From: an uncultured Pseudomonadota bacterium
Lineage (GTDB): Bacteria; Pseudomonadota; Alphaproteobacteria; Rhizobiales; Hyphomicrobiaceae
Assembly: GCA_963786775.1 (NCBI GenBank)
Contig: CAWBAM010000010.1
Span: 18,806-82,805 of the forward strand
Direction of reading: 5' to 3'
Length of the DNA: 64,000 nucleotides
The position numbers were made by a program, and so were the translations under genes. The notes under the pieces are model-generated. The model worked only from the letters and a program-made list of their open reading frames with translations. It did no database searches and was not told the origin of the DNA. This document shows, piece after piece, positions 1 through 11,123 of this stretch. Every line of letters starts with the position of its first letter. The first letter of the stretch is position 1.

Positions 1-481
1 ACAGATCCCGCCGCCGGATGAGAACAGCGATCAACACGACAATCGCGATAACAACGACTTCGTAGAACTCATTATCCGGTATGCCGAGCAGGTTGCCGAA
101 GAGGATATGCAGCAGGTGCTCATCGGACTCGATCCGGGTGAACAGCACCAGCCCGAAACCGAACATGCCCGAGAATACGATGCCCAAGACGGTGTCCTCA
201 CGCACGCGGCTATTCTCGGTCAGGTAGCCGGTCAGCATTGCGCACGTAAGGCCGGCTGCAAAGGCTCCAAGAGACAAGGGCAAGCCGACGGCATAGGCCA
301 GAACCACGCCGGGAAGGACGGCATGGGAAATGGCATCGCCCATCAGCGACCAGCCCTTGAGCACAAGATAGCAGGAGAGCACGGCCGATACGGCGCCGAC
401 GAGAACCGCGACGATCAAGGCGCGCTGCATGAAGGGAAATGAGAGCGGCAGCGCGAAGAAGTCCCAAATGGCCTCGATCAT
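1..481 (-). CDS. sitD: Mn/Fe ABC transporter permease (SitD-like), partial, runs off window
   Basis: Manual translation from ATG at 481: MIEAIWDFFALPLSFPFMQRALIVAVLVGAVSAVLSCYLVLKGWSLMGDAISHAVLPG; ATGA overlap with the upstream permease stop. Confidence 0.88.
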   Translation of the reverse strand, partial: MIEAIWDFFALPLSFPFMQRALIVAVLVGAVSAVLSCYLVLKGWSLMGDAISHAVLPGVVLAYAVGLPLSLGAFAAGLTCAMLTGYLTENSRVREDTVLGIVFSGMFGFGLVLFTRIESDEHLLHILFGNLLGIPDNEFYEVVVIAIVVLIAVLIRRRDL

Positions 482-1344
482 GGACGGAGGGCCTCCCCCT
501 CCCCTGCGGCGCGCGCCCTGCGCCTTGAGGCCAACACTCCATGCTTCGGTGCGAGATAGAATGCTGTCAGGAAGAGCAGCGTCTGCAGCGTGACGATCAC
601 GCCGCCGGTGGCCCCATCGAGGAAGTAGCTGATGTAAGCGCCGGCGAACCCGGTCGACGCACCGATGGCGACGCTGAGCGCGAGCAGGCGTCCAAACCGA
701 TCGGTTAGGAGGTAGGCCGTCGCACCCGGCGTGATCACCGTAGCGACAACGAGCGCCGCTCCCACCGCTTGCAAAGCCGTCACAACGGATGCGCTGAGCA
801 GTGCAAAGAACAGCACTTTCAGAGCGTTCGGGTTGATGCCAACAGCGCGCGCATGGTTCTCGTCGAAGAAGACGAGCATGAGGTCCTTCCAAACGACCAG
901 CAGGATAGCGAACGCAACAATGGCAACGACGACCACCTGCGCCGCATCCTCGTCGGCGATGCCGAGGATGTTGCCGAGCACGATCGTCTGAACGCTGATC
1001 GGAATCGGATGAAGCGAGACGATGAATAGCCCCGCGGCGAAAAAGGCCGTGAAGACGACCCCGATGACGGCATCCTGCTTGAGGCGTGACACCTGTCCGA
1101 TGCCCCAAATGCCGAACGCGGCGATGATGCCCGCAAAGAACGCGCCCGCTGCGTAGGGAAGCTGCAGGATGTAGGCGATGGCCACTCCAGGGACCACGGA
1201 ATGGCCCAGCGCGTCGCCCATCAGCGACCAGCCTTTCAGCATCAGGTACGCGGAAAGAAAGGCGCAAAGCCCGCAGACCAGCGCGCTGACCCACATGGCG
1301 CGCAACATGTAGCCGTATTCGAAGGGGACCAGCAGCTCACTCAT
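478..1344 (-). CDS. sitC: Mn/Fe ABC transporter permease (SitC-like)
   Basis: ABC-3 motif LKGWSLMGDALGHSVVPG; hydrophobic; operon context. Confidence 0.92.
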   Translation of the reverse strand: MSELLVPFEYGYMLRAMWVSALVCGLCAFLSAYLMLKGWSLMGDALGHSVVPGVAIAYILQLPYAAGAFFAGIIAAFGIWGIGQVSRLKQDAVIGVVFTAFFAAGLFIVSLHPIPISVQTIVLGNILGIADEDAAQVVVVAIVAFAILLVVWKDLMLVFFDENHARAVGINPNALKVLFFALLSASVVTALQAVGAALVVATVITPGATAYLLTDRFGRLLALSVAIGASTGFAGAYISYFLDGATGGVIVTLQTLLFLTAFYLAPKHGVLASRRRARAAGEGEALRP

Positions 1345-2255
1345 GGGCGACCGCCAGTTTTTCGCGCATCCGAGGAGATCTGTTCTTCGCCGCGTTCCCC
1401 GTAGAACACGACGGGTCGCTCATCGTCCGTCAGGACGGTGACGCCGCGGCGGTCGTCATCCTCGTGCAGCTCTGAGGGGCCAGCTGGAAGTGGCGCAGCA
1501 CGCCTCCAAAGGTCCGCTCGAGATTGGTCTTTGTGAACGTTTTCGCCGTTGGTCCAGCCGCCAGCACAGTGCGGTTGAGCAGCACGACCTGATCGCAGAA
1601 ATCCGGCACGCTGCCGAGATTGTGCGTCGAGACGAGGATCAGGTGGCCTGAGCTTCTGAGCTCGCGGAGCAGGCCGACAATGGCCGTTTCCGTCTTCACG
1701 TCAACCCCGGTGAACGGCTCATCGAGCAGGATGATGCTGGCGCCCTGCGCCAATGCGCGGGCTAGAAAAACGCGCTTGCGCTGACCGCCGCTCAGCTCAC
1801 CAATCTGGCGCTTGCGGAGGTGGCTCATGCCGACGCGCTCGAGGGCGATGTCAACCTGGCGATGGTCCTCCGAGGACGGAATGCGCAAGATGTTCATATG
1901 GCCGTAGCGGCCCATCATCACCACGTCCTCGACGAGCACGGGAAAGTTCCAATCGACCTCCTCGTTTTGCGGGACGTAGGCGACGATGCGGCGTTTCAGA
2001 GCCTGCCGCACCGGCATGCCGCTGATGAGCACCTTACCCCGCGTGGGGCGGACAAACCCCATGAGGGACTTGAAGAGCGTGGACTTGCCGCTGCCGTTCG
2101 GTACCAGCGAGGCCGCAGATCGTACCGGGACCAAGTGTGAAGCTGACGTTATCGAGAGCGGTGGTGCCGTTGGGATAGACGACCGTCAGCCCACTGACTT
2201 CGATCCTGGGTTGCGCACGTACGTGTTCACGCTCAATTTCAGAGGGAGCCAGCAT
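1341..2255 (-). CDS. sitB: Mn/Fe ABC transporter ATP-binding protein (frameshifted near 2105 and 1470)
   Basis: PNGSGKS Walker A, LSGGQRKR signature, ILLDEPF Walker B; N-terminus is in ORF 2034..2324 frame. Confidence 0.88.
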
Positions 2256-2295
2256 CGGTCCCATTCCTTTGCATCCAAAGGGAAACTCTTCGGTC

Positions 2296-2383
2296 GTCAT
2301 CCCGGACTTATGCCCGGGATCCACTTACTCCGGCCGCTGCGGCGGGCAGCACGGTGGATCCCGGTAACAAACACCGGGATGGC
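2296..2383. repeat. Intergenic palindromic REP/RIME-like element
   Basis: GTCATCCCGGACTTATGCCCGGGATCCAC ... GTGGATCCCGGTAACAAACACCGGGATGGC: two hairpins in inverted orientation between sitA and sitB. Confidence 0.7.
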
Positions 2384-2412
2384 CGCTCGTGTGATTTGGT
2401 CTCGACTGACCA

Positions 2413-3294
2413 TCACTGCCCGAAGCCTTTGGCGATGGTATCCACGGTAACTTCCAGAAGCTTCAGATAGGTCGGCACTGGTCCGCGTTCATCGCTGAGC
2501 GAGTCGACGTAGAGCACGCCGCCATACCGCGCGCCCGTCTCGCGCGCGACCTGGCGCGCCGGTTTGTCGGAGATCGTGCTTTCACTGAAAACGACGGGAA
2601 TTTGGTATTTGCGCACGAGGTCAATGACCCTGCGGACTTGCTGCGGCGTGCCCTGCGCGTCGGCGTTGATAGGCCAGAGATAAAGCTCGCGCAGGCCGTA
2701 ATCGCGAGCGAGATAGCTGAACGCGCCCTCGCTCGTCACCAACCAGCGCTTCTCCTCGGGAATGGCGGCCAGACGCTTGCGCAGCGGCTCGTCGATGGCT
2801 CTGATTTTCGCGGAATAAGCCTCAGCGTTCTTTCTGTAGATTTCCGCATTAGCGGGGTCGTGCTCGGAAAGTGCCTTGCGGATGTTTTCCACGTAGATCA
2901 GCGCATTGCTCGGCGACATCCAGGCATGCGGATTGGGATTCCCGGTGTAAGGCCCCTCCCTGATGGCTATTGGCTCGATGCCTTCCGAAATGACAACACT
3001 CGGCACATCTTTGACGTTCTGGAAGAAACGCGAGAACCAGCGCTCCAAATTCAGACCATTCCAGAGAACGAGGTCGGCGGATTGAGCTTTCACCACATCG
3101 AGCGGTGTCGGCTGGTAATCGTGAATTTCAGCTCCCGGCTTGGTGATGCTCTCGACGATCGCCGCATCGCCCGCAACATTCTGGGCAATGTCCTGAATGA
3201 CCGTGAACGTCGTGACGACACGCAGCGGCCTGCCGTCCCGGTCCTTTGCTGCCTGGGCGTCGGTGGTCCCAAGGACGCCAAGCGCTAGTGCCAA
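2413..3294 (-). CDS. sitA: Mn/Fe ABC substrate-binding protein (start probably up to ~100 nt further upstream)
   Basis: GAEIHDYQPTP, NPHAWMSP, SEGAFSYLA and YVDSLS motifs of ZnuA/SitA family. Confidence 0.93.
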   Translation of the reverse strand: MALALGVLGTTDAQAAKDRDGRPLRVVTTFTVIQDIAQNVAGDAAIVESITKPGAEIHDYQPTPLDVVKAQSADLVLWNGLNLERWFSRFFQNVKDVPSVVISEGIEPIAIREGPYTGNPNPHAWMSPSNALIYVENIRKALSEHDPANAEIYRKNAEAYSAKIRAIDEPLRKRLAAIPEEKRWLVTSEGAFSYLARDYGLRELYLWPINADAQGTPQQVRRVIDLVRKYQIPVVFSESTISDKPARQVARETGARYGGVLYVDSLSDERGPVPTYLKLLEVTVDTIAKGFGQ

Positions 3295-3410
3295 AAGCCC
3301 CGCCAGGCCGCCAAGTATCGAGCGAGCGCGCCGCCCAAGAGTAGCTTGTTCCAGCTCCGTCGCCCTGGCCCTCGGTCAAGCCCTCAGATGGCATCCACCT
3401 TGCCTCCTAG

Positions 3411-3427
3411 TTGCGAATGATTTGCAA
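3411..3427. promoter_or_regulatory. Mur/Fur-alpha box upstream of sitABCD
   Basis: Near-palindrome TTGCGAAT-G-ATTTGCAA just upstream of the sitA RBS; resembles rhizobial Mur sites at sit operons. Confidence 0.75.
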
Positions 3428-3719
3428 TTGCAAAAAGAAAATGAAGCGCCCCTTGCGTCCTGTCAACGGCAAAGTCACGGAGTTCGTGCGATGGAAAGGC
3501 GGAAAGGCTTCGAGGAACGCGCGATCTCGGGTTTCGGTTGACCGGCATGAAGCAATCGAATGCATCCGCACGTCTGCGGCGCCGTCACCGGCCGTGGATC
3601 GGCGGCTGAAGGCAAGTAACGGATGCTGGTAGCGTAGCCACCGCTCTGGCCGTCGTCAGACGGGCGAGCGCAGCGCCTCTTCGACGGACGCACTGCTCGC
3701 CAGCGCCTTCTATCTCCAG

Positions 3720-5736
3720 GTGGGCGATCTGGTCATTCACGCCGACCATGGGCTTGGCCGGTACGAGGGGCTGACGACACTCGATGCAGACGGAACGCGG
3801 GACTTCTTCACCATTGCTTACCGCGACGGCAAGGTGCTCGTGCCCGCCGAAAACGCTGACCTGCTGTCTCGCTACGGTGCGGCGGAGACGGCGATCCGCC
3901 TTGATCGCCTCGGCGGCAAGGCTTGGCAGACCCGCAAGGCGCGACTGAAACGGCGCATCGGCGCCATCGCGCTCCGCCTGATCGGAATTGCAGCGGCCCG
4001 TGAGCTGGCTACGGCGCCGGTTCTTAAGCCTGATCCTGCCGCTTACGAGCGCTTTTGTGAGGGTTTTCCGTACGAGGAAACTCCCGACCAGGCTCAAGCC
4101 ATTGCTGCCGTGCTGGATGATCTCGTCACGGGCAAGCCGATGGACCGTCTGATCTGTGGCGACGTCGGATCCGGCAAGACGGAAGTGGCTCTCAGGGCAG
4201 CCTTCGTCGCGGCGATGGCGGGCTGGCAGGTTGCCGTCGTGGCGCCAACCACTCTGCTATCCCGCCAGCACACCGAGACATTCCGCAAGCGCTTCGCCGG
4301 CTTTCCGGTGACCATCGCCCAAGCCTCCCGCCTCGTGCGCGGCAAGGAGCTCCGCGATGTTCTGGCGGGCCTCGAGTCCGGCGCCATCCACATCGTCATC
4401 GGAACCCATGCCCTGCTTTCGGAATCGGTCAAGTTCGCAAAGCTTGGGCTCATCATCGTCGATGAGGAGCAGCGGTTCGGCGTCCGACACAAGGAGCGGC
4501 TGAAGCAGCTTCGCGAGGGGGTGCACGTGCTGACCCTCACGGCGACTCCCATTCCGCGCACGCTCCAGTTGGCACTATCCCTGGTCCGCTCTCTGTCCCT
4601 CATCGTCACGCCGCCAGCGGGGCGGCGGCCGGTTCGCACCACCGTCTGCGAGATGGACCCGGCTCGTATCCGAGAAGCACTGATCGCCGAGAAGGAGCGC
4701 GGCGGACAGAGCTTTTACGTCTGCCCCCGTATTCGCGATCTTGCTGTGATAGCGCGAATGCTGGAGCGCGAGGTGCCGGAAGTGAGCTTCGTGCGTGCTC
4801 ACGGCCGCATGTCGGCGTCGGAGCTCGACCGGATCATGGATCGATTTCTCGCCGGGCACATCGACGTGCTGCTGTCGACGACAATCATCGAGTCCGGCCT
4901 CGACATACCCTCAGTGAACACAATGATCGTGCACGATGCGCACCGGCTCGGTCTCGCCCAGCTCTATCAGCTTCGCGGCCGCATCGGACGCGCGGGCGTC
5001 GAGGCGCACGCCTATTTGACCATTCCACCGGGCATAGAGCTGACCGACGCGGCACGCCGCCGCCTCGAAGCGTTGGCAAAGCTCGACCCAGTCGGAGCAG
5101 GCTTCAACCTCGCCAGCCACGACCTGGACATCCGCGGCGCCGGCAACCTCCTGGGCGAGGAGCAGTCCGGCCATCTCCGGGACCTTGGCTTCGATCTCTT
5201 CCAGACAATGCTGAAGCGCGCCGTTGAGGCGCTGCGCAACGGAGAGCAGCCGGACCTGGACATTTGGGCCCCGCGCATCTCGCTTGGCCTGACGATAGGT
5301 ATCCCCGAAAACTACATACCCGACCCGATCGAGCGCGCGGAAATCTATTGGGAGTGCGCGCGGCTCGAAACGGAGGACCAGATTGCGCAATATGCTGGTG
5401 AGCTTGCGCAGCGCTACGGCCCTCTTCCGCGCGATGATACGGCGCCTATTTGCGCTGCTCCGCCTGAAGCAGCTGTGCCGGGAGGTGCACGTCGCAGAGC
5501 TCAATGCTGGGCCGAAAGGCGCGGTGCTAACGTTCCGTCCTGGAACGCCTGTCCCGCGCCAGCTTCCGCTCTCGCGCAGGATCGAATGGCGGAAGAACAG
5601 GCGGATTGTTGTTTCCGCGCAATGGGACGTCCCGCAACGCCGCCTCAAGGGCGTGGCCAGCCTTCTGCTCCAGCTGAGGCGAGCATTCTCACAAGTTGCC
5701 CGAGCGACACCGGAGCCCGCCAGTAGCGCGACCTGA
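3720..5736 (+). CDS. mfd: Mfd/TRCF-like translocase lacking the N-terminal UvrB-homology module (frameshift ~5435)
   Basis: Begins at CarD-like RID (GDLVIHADHGLGRY); MDRLICGDVGSGKT, DEEQRFG, TATPIPRT, QLRGRIGR, DLDIRGAGNLLGEEQSGH; TRCF C-terminus continues in ORF 5383..5736. Confidence 0.85.
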
Positions 5737-5742
5737 TTAGCC

Positions 5743-8002
5743 TCAGGACACGAGCTCGCTGCACTGCGTGTTGAGGGTTGCGAGGTGGCGGCTCAAGGCC
5801 TCGGCCGCCGACAGCCGCTCACGCAGGGTCTCAAGGCGCTCAGCGCTGCTCATCTCGTCTTGTGACCGCGCCTCGCGGGCGTCCAGAAGCTGCTTGGCCT
5901 GGGCGATGTGCGTTTCGCTCTGGGCGCGCAGGGCATCGATCACTGCCACCGCAATCGCGGTGGCCCGATCGGCCATATCGCTGGTCGCGCGCTGCAACTC
6001 GTTGCTCGCCAGCCGGATGACCTCGTCGATGGCCGGCATGAACTCCTCAATCAGCATGCGCTCCAGCTCGGCCGCATGCTCCTCCTGGGTCCGGCTGCGG
6101 GACCAGCCCATCAGCGATCCTGGCGCCGCGAGGTCCAACGCGATCGAATCCTCGATGGGCACGCGCACCGAGCTCGGCGGAAGGACCGGCGCCGGCGCCT
6201 CCGGAAGATCGAGCTCGGGAGACCGGCGGAGCATCGTTTCACGCAGAGCGGGAAATACGTTGTATGTCGTCTCCGCAAGCCGCTCCTCGACGGCGCTACG
6301 GGCCGAATAGAGCTCCGCCTCTACGCGCTGGCGCAGAGGCTTCGTGTGGCAGCGCCAATGCCGGCGGGCTTCGCCTTCCGCAAACGCCTGCATGAGCCGC
6401 TGGCCTTCGGCCTTTGCGTACTCCTCCAGAATCTCAGCCAACCTGTCGTAGATCCGCGTCCGGTGCTCAGCCGTGACCTCGTTCAACAGGTTCTGGAAAC
6501 CTGCCAAGTTCCGCTCCAGCTCGCCGGCGACAGATTGAATTCGGGCCAGCTCGGACTGCACGTCCTTGAGCTCCCGATCGTTTCTGCTGTGAGCACCGTG
6601 CTCCGAGATGATGGCGAGCTTGACCATCTCCTCCCGAACGGCGGCTTCGTTGACCTGCGACAGCTCTGCGAAGTAGGCGGCGATCTGCCGGATCAGATGC
6701 GCGCTGTGGCTGCGCAGCAGGAGCTTCGTCAGCTCCCGCCTTAGCTCCGGGAACCCGGAGCAAGTAGACAGAATGCGCGCCTGTTGACCGTTCGGCATCT
6801 CCTCCGATGGCCCCGACTGCCCATCGTTCTTGACCTCCACCGGCCGGAGAGCCCCCTTCAGCTTGGCATAGGCTATCAAAGCAGGGGCAATGTCGCCGCT
6901 CGAACTCCTCGTTGCGGGAAAGCGCCTGCGCCGCCCACTTCGAGCTTCCGGCGACCACGGGAATGTCGACTGCAGGAAACTCGCGTGCGAGCGTCTCGCG
7001 AACGCGCGACACGATATTGCGGACATCGGCTGCGGGATCGCGCAACTCGTCGACATTGTCGATGAAGATGAGAATGCGATCGCGATGCAGGCCGCGGAGA
7101 ATTCTGAGCGTCGCAAGCTCGACGGTCGACAGCGGCTGGCGTGCGCTCAGGACGACCACATAAAGCTCGGCCGGCTCGAGCGAGTGCCGTGTGATTTCGT
7201 CCCGAACCATGAACGGGTCGTTGATGCCGGGCGTCGCGATGATGGTAACCGGGAACTTGAATGGCCCGCTGGGTAACCAGATGTCTGCTGCCTTAGTGAT
7301 GTCGGCGTATTGTCCCGGCCCATCCGAATTCTCGGCAGCACTGCTGCCAGGAGAAAGATACCTGGCGAGCGTTTCCTTCGAGACGGTCTCATAACTGTGC
7401 TTCGCACCCAGCAGGTCCACGAAGTTGCTGCCAAGGCGCAGTTCCGCGCGCTGGCGCAGCGCATCGACATGCCGTTGCAAAAGCTGCGGCTCGAAACCTG
7501 GCACGAGCTGGGCCGTCAGCTCCCGGATTCGGCTATCGCCCGTCGCGAGCTGACCCCAATCGTCTTTCTCGAAGAGCTGGAATTCGGCGGCAGTATTCTC
7601 AGGAGCCGCTGTTGAGCCGAAATGCAACCGCACCACCGCGGTTGTCCAAGGGCTCAGGTCCGATGGCAGAAGATCCGCCTGCTCAGTGAGAGCGCCGATG
7701 AAGGTCATCTGCCGGGACTTCACTTGCCCGATGACAGCGATGCGGCAGACTTGATGCGCGAGCACCCGCATCGCATCCCGGACGAAGGTTGCACCGGGAT
7801 CGGCCAGCACGGCGGCCAGCCGCTCTCCCTGCTGCATGAGATCGGCCCGGATGTCCTCAAGCGAAGCCCCAATCGGCTCGGGATCGGGTTCAGCTACGGG
7901 AAAGGGAATAGGCTCGACAATCTGTTCACCGACAGCGTCCGCCTGTGATGTCCTCGTCTCCCCGGGAGAATTCGGCTGAGGCAGCACCCGGATATTCGAC
8001 AT
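5743..8002 (-). CDS. Bacterial dynamin-like protein (frameshift ~6895)
   Basis: RIAVIGQVKS, LLPSDLSPWTTAVVRL, I(A)TPGINDPFMVRDEIT, YVVVLSARQPLS, then a long helical C-terminal region. Confidence 0.75.
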
Positions 8003-8447
8003 GTTCTCCTCCGCCTCTCTCAACTGACAGGCCAGGCATCCCTCAGCGCGCGGCCGACATCGCGGCGCGAATGGCTGGGCAGCCGTCGCCTTGCCGCGTC
8101 TTGCGCTGCATCTTCAGGAGGTCGAGAGTGAAAGTGTCTGGCGGTGGCATCCAAATCCAGGCAGGCCGGATCGGCAAGTCTCGAAAACTCCGACCACGGA
8201 CGCTCCTGACTAACCACACGCCACCCCCCGGACGAGTCTGTTATTGAGCCGGTCAAACGATTGTTGCCGACTGTCCCCCTTTGGGACCGGTTACTCTTGG
8301 AACTGTAAATGAACCGTAAATTGTGGCGTGGGCGTGGAGAATAGCAACAAGTGCAGCCGTCTTCTTATCAGTTGTCGGATCGGGAGGTTCTTCTCAAACT
8401 CTGCGCTATGCCATCTGCCGTTGAAAAACGCCGCTTTCTATCACGCA

Positions 8448-9806
8448 TCACGCGAGCACGCGACGCATCGCGGCCTTGAAACCAGTCACGGCGGCCTCTC
8501 GTGCCATGTGCCGGCCGTCCCGAACAACGTGAACACCGGAGATCCAGACATCGCGGATCGGCGAACCTGCTGCCGCGAATATCCATCCGTCGAGGACCGC
8601 GTCACCCTCTCGGCAATCGAGCGACGGGTGCGCATCGTCGAGCACCAGAAAATCAGCCCTGTTGCCTATGGCAATCGCGCCGACCGAGCGCCCTGACGCC
8701 TGCCGACCACCAGCTAGCACCGCATCGACCAGTGCTCGGCCTGTCGATTGGCCTGGATCGCCCAGGCGATTCCGGCGGCGCTCGTCGATACGCTGGCTGT
8801 ATTCCAATGCGCAGAGCTCACCAGCCGCATCGATACGGATATTCGAGTCCGTCCCGATGCCGAACCGCCCACCTGCACGGCGGTAGGCGGTCGCCGGACA
8901 AATTCCGTCGCCCAGGTTGGCCTCCGTCAGGGGGCAGAGCGCTACCACGGCGCCGCTGTTCGCCAGCCGCCAGATCTCATCACCCGCAATATGAGTTGCA
9001 TGCACGATGCACCAGCGTGGACCGATCTCCATCTCGTCGAGCAGCCATTCAACGGGACGACGACCTGACCACACGAGGCAGTCCGCCACTTCCCGCTCCT
9101 GCTCCGCCGCGTGGATATGGATCGGTGCCGCCGGCAGCAGCTGAGCCGCGTACTTCAGATCCTCTGGCGTCACAGCCCGCAGCGAATGCGGCGCCACGCC
9201 CAAAACCGCATCGGGCAGAGGCTCGATGGCCCGCGCCGAGGCCTCCACCAGCCAGGCGAACTGATCCGGATCGTTCAGGAAGCGGCGCTGAGCCGGAACC
9301 GGGTCGGCGCCTGCGAAGTTGCTCCAGCGGTAATAGACTGGCAGCAGCGTCAGGCCGATCCCTGCCATGTCCGCCGCCGCTGCAATTCGGGCGGCCATCT
9401 CGGCGATGTCGGCATAGGGCGTACCGGACGGGTCGTGATGCAGGTAGTGGAACTCGACGCACGTCGTGAAGCCGGCCTCGACCATCTCGACGTAGGCCAT
9501 CGCGGCGATCGCCTCCACGTCCTCCGGAGTGAGCCGTTCGAGGAAGCGGTACATGACCTCGCGCCACGTCCAGAAGCTGTCGTCATCGCTGGCCGCGCGC
9601 TCGGCCAATCCCGCCATGCCGCGCTGGAAAGCGTGACTGTGGAGATTGATCAGTCCCGGCAACGTCACCCCTGGCTGTTGCGGCACCCCAACAAGCACGC
9701 CGGCCTGCGGCTCGACGCCGGTAATCACTCCGTCCTGGAAATCGATAAGCACGTTCTCCGCCCAGCCGTCGGGCAGAAGTGCACGTTCCAGAACGAGCTG
9801 CTGCAT
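8448..9806 (-). CDS. hutF: Formimidoylglutamate deiminase
   Basis: NLHSHAFQRGMAG, EFHYLHH, APHSLRAV, HIHAAEQ, TEANLGDG, GTDSN. Confidence 0.95.
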   Translation of the reverse strand: MQQLVLERALLPDGWAENVLIDFQDGVITGVEPQAGVLVGVPQQPGVTLPGLINLHSHAFQRGMAGLAERAASDDDSFWTWREVMYRFLERLTPEDVEAIAAMAYVEMVEAGFTTCVEFHYLHHDPSGTPYADIAEMAARIAAAADMAGIGLTLLPVYYRWSNFAGADPVPAQRRFLNDPDQFAWLVEASARAIEPLPDAVLGVAPHSLRAVTPEDLKYAAQLLPAAPIHIHAAEQEREVADCLVWSGRRPVEWLLDEMEIGPRWCIVHATHIAGDEIWRLANSGAVVALCPLTEANLGDGICPATAYRRAGGRFGIGTDSNIRIDAAGELCALEYSQRIDERRRNRLGDPGQSTGRALVDAVLAGGRQASGRSVGAIAIGNRADFLVLDDAHPSLDCREGDAVLDGWIFAAAGSPIRDVWISGVHVVRDGRHMAREAAVTGFKAAMRRVLA

Positions 9807-9898
9807 GGCGCTCCCCTACACTCCTGGGTGCATGACCAGGATACGTTGAAACGCATGGGCCGGCCCAAAGTGTCGGCAGGATCGACGAGAGGCGCAGC

Positions 9899-11123
9899 AT
9901 GGGAGGTGAAACGGCAACCTGCGACCGGCTCTGGACCAATGCGCGGCTCGCGACGCTAGCGGCGGGTGATCGGCCGTATGGCCGCATCGACAACGGCGCC
10001 ATCGCAGCCCGCAACGGCCGTATCGTCTATGCCGGGCCGCGCGCCGATCTCCCCGCAGGCCTCTCACCGCGCGAGACGATCGACTGCGGCGGCCGATGGA
10101 TTACGCCCGGGCTGATCGACTGCCATACTCACCTCGTCTACGCCGGTAATCGTGCCCGCGAGTTCGAGATGCGTCTCGAAGGTGCGACTTATGCCGAGAT
10201 TGCACACGCGGGCGGCGGCATCCTCTCCACTGTTGCGGCAACGCGCGCTGCCAGCGAGGATGACCTCGTCCGCAGCGCGCTGCCGCGTCTCGACGCGCTG
10301 ATCGCCGAGGGCGTCACCACTATAGAGATCAAGTCTGGTTATGGCCTCGATCTGGCGACGGAGCGGCGCCAGCTCGCGGCAGCGCGACGGCTCGCTCAAA
10401 TGCGCCCAATTGATGTGACGACGACCTTCCTGGGCGCCCACGCCCTGCCTCCTGAAGCAGAAGGTGACAAGGCAGCCTACATCGACCTGGTCTGCCGCGG
10501 AGATGATTCCCGCCATTGCCGCCGAGGGCCTTGCAGATGCCGTGGATGGCTTCTGCGAAACCATTGCATTCTCCCCAGACGAAATCGCCCGCGTGTTCGA
10601 AGCGGCCAGAGCCGCAGGTCTGCCGGTGAAGCTCCACGCAGAGCAGCTTTCGAACAGTGGCGGCGCCATCCTTGCAGCACGTTATCAGGCGCTTTCTGCT
10701 GACCACCTAGAATATCTCGACGAGCCCGGAGCTGCCGCGATGGCGGATTCCGGCACAGTCGCAGTGCTGCTGCCCGGAGCGTACTACTTCATCCGGGAGA
10801 CACAGGCGCCGCCTGTCGATCTGCTCCGCCGCTACAAGGTGCCGATCGCAGTTGCGACGGATTGCAATCCGGGTACCTCGCCACTGTCCTCGCTGCTGCT
10901 GGCGATGAACATGGCCGCCACGCTGTTCCGGGTGACTGTCGAGGAGTGCCTTGCCGGCGTCACGCGGGAGGCCGCCCGCGCGTTAGGCCAGCTCAGCGAG
11001 GTCGGCACGCTTGAGCCGGGCAAGTGGTGCAATCTCGCCATTTGGGACATCGAAGACCCAGCAGAGCTCGTCTACCATATCGGCTTCAACCCGCTGTGCA
11101 CGCGGGTATGGAGAGGTCGATGA
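9899..11123 (+). CDS. hutI: Imidazolonepropionase (frameshift ~10497)
   Basis: [45 protein letters not shown] across two frames. Confidence 0.93.
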
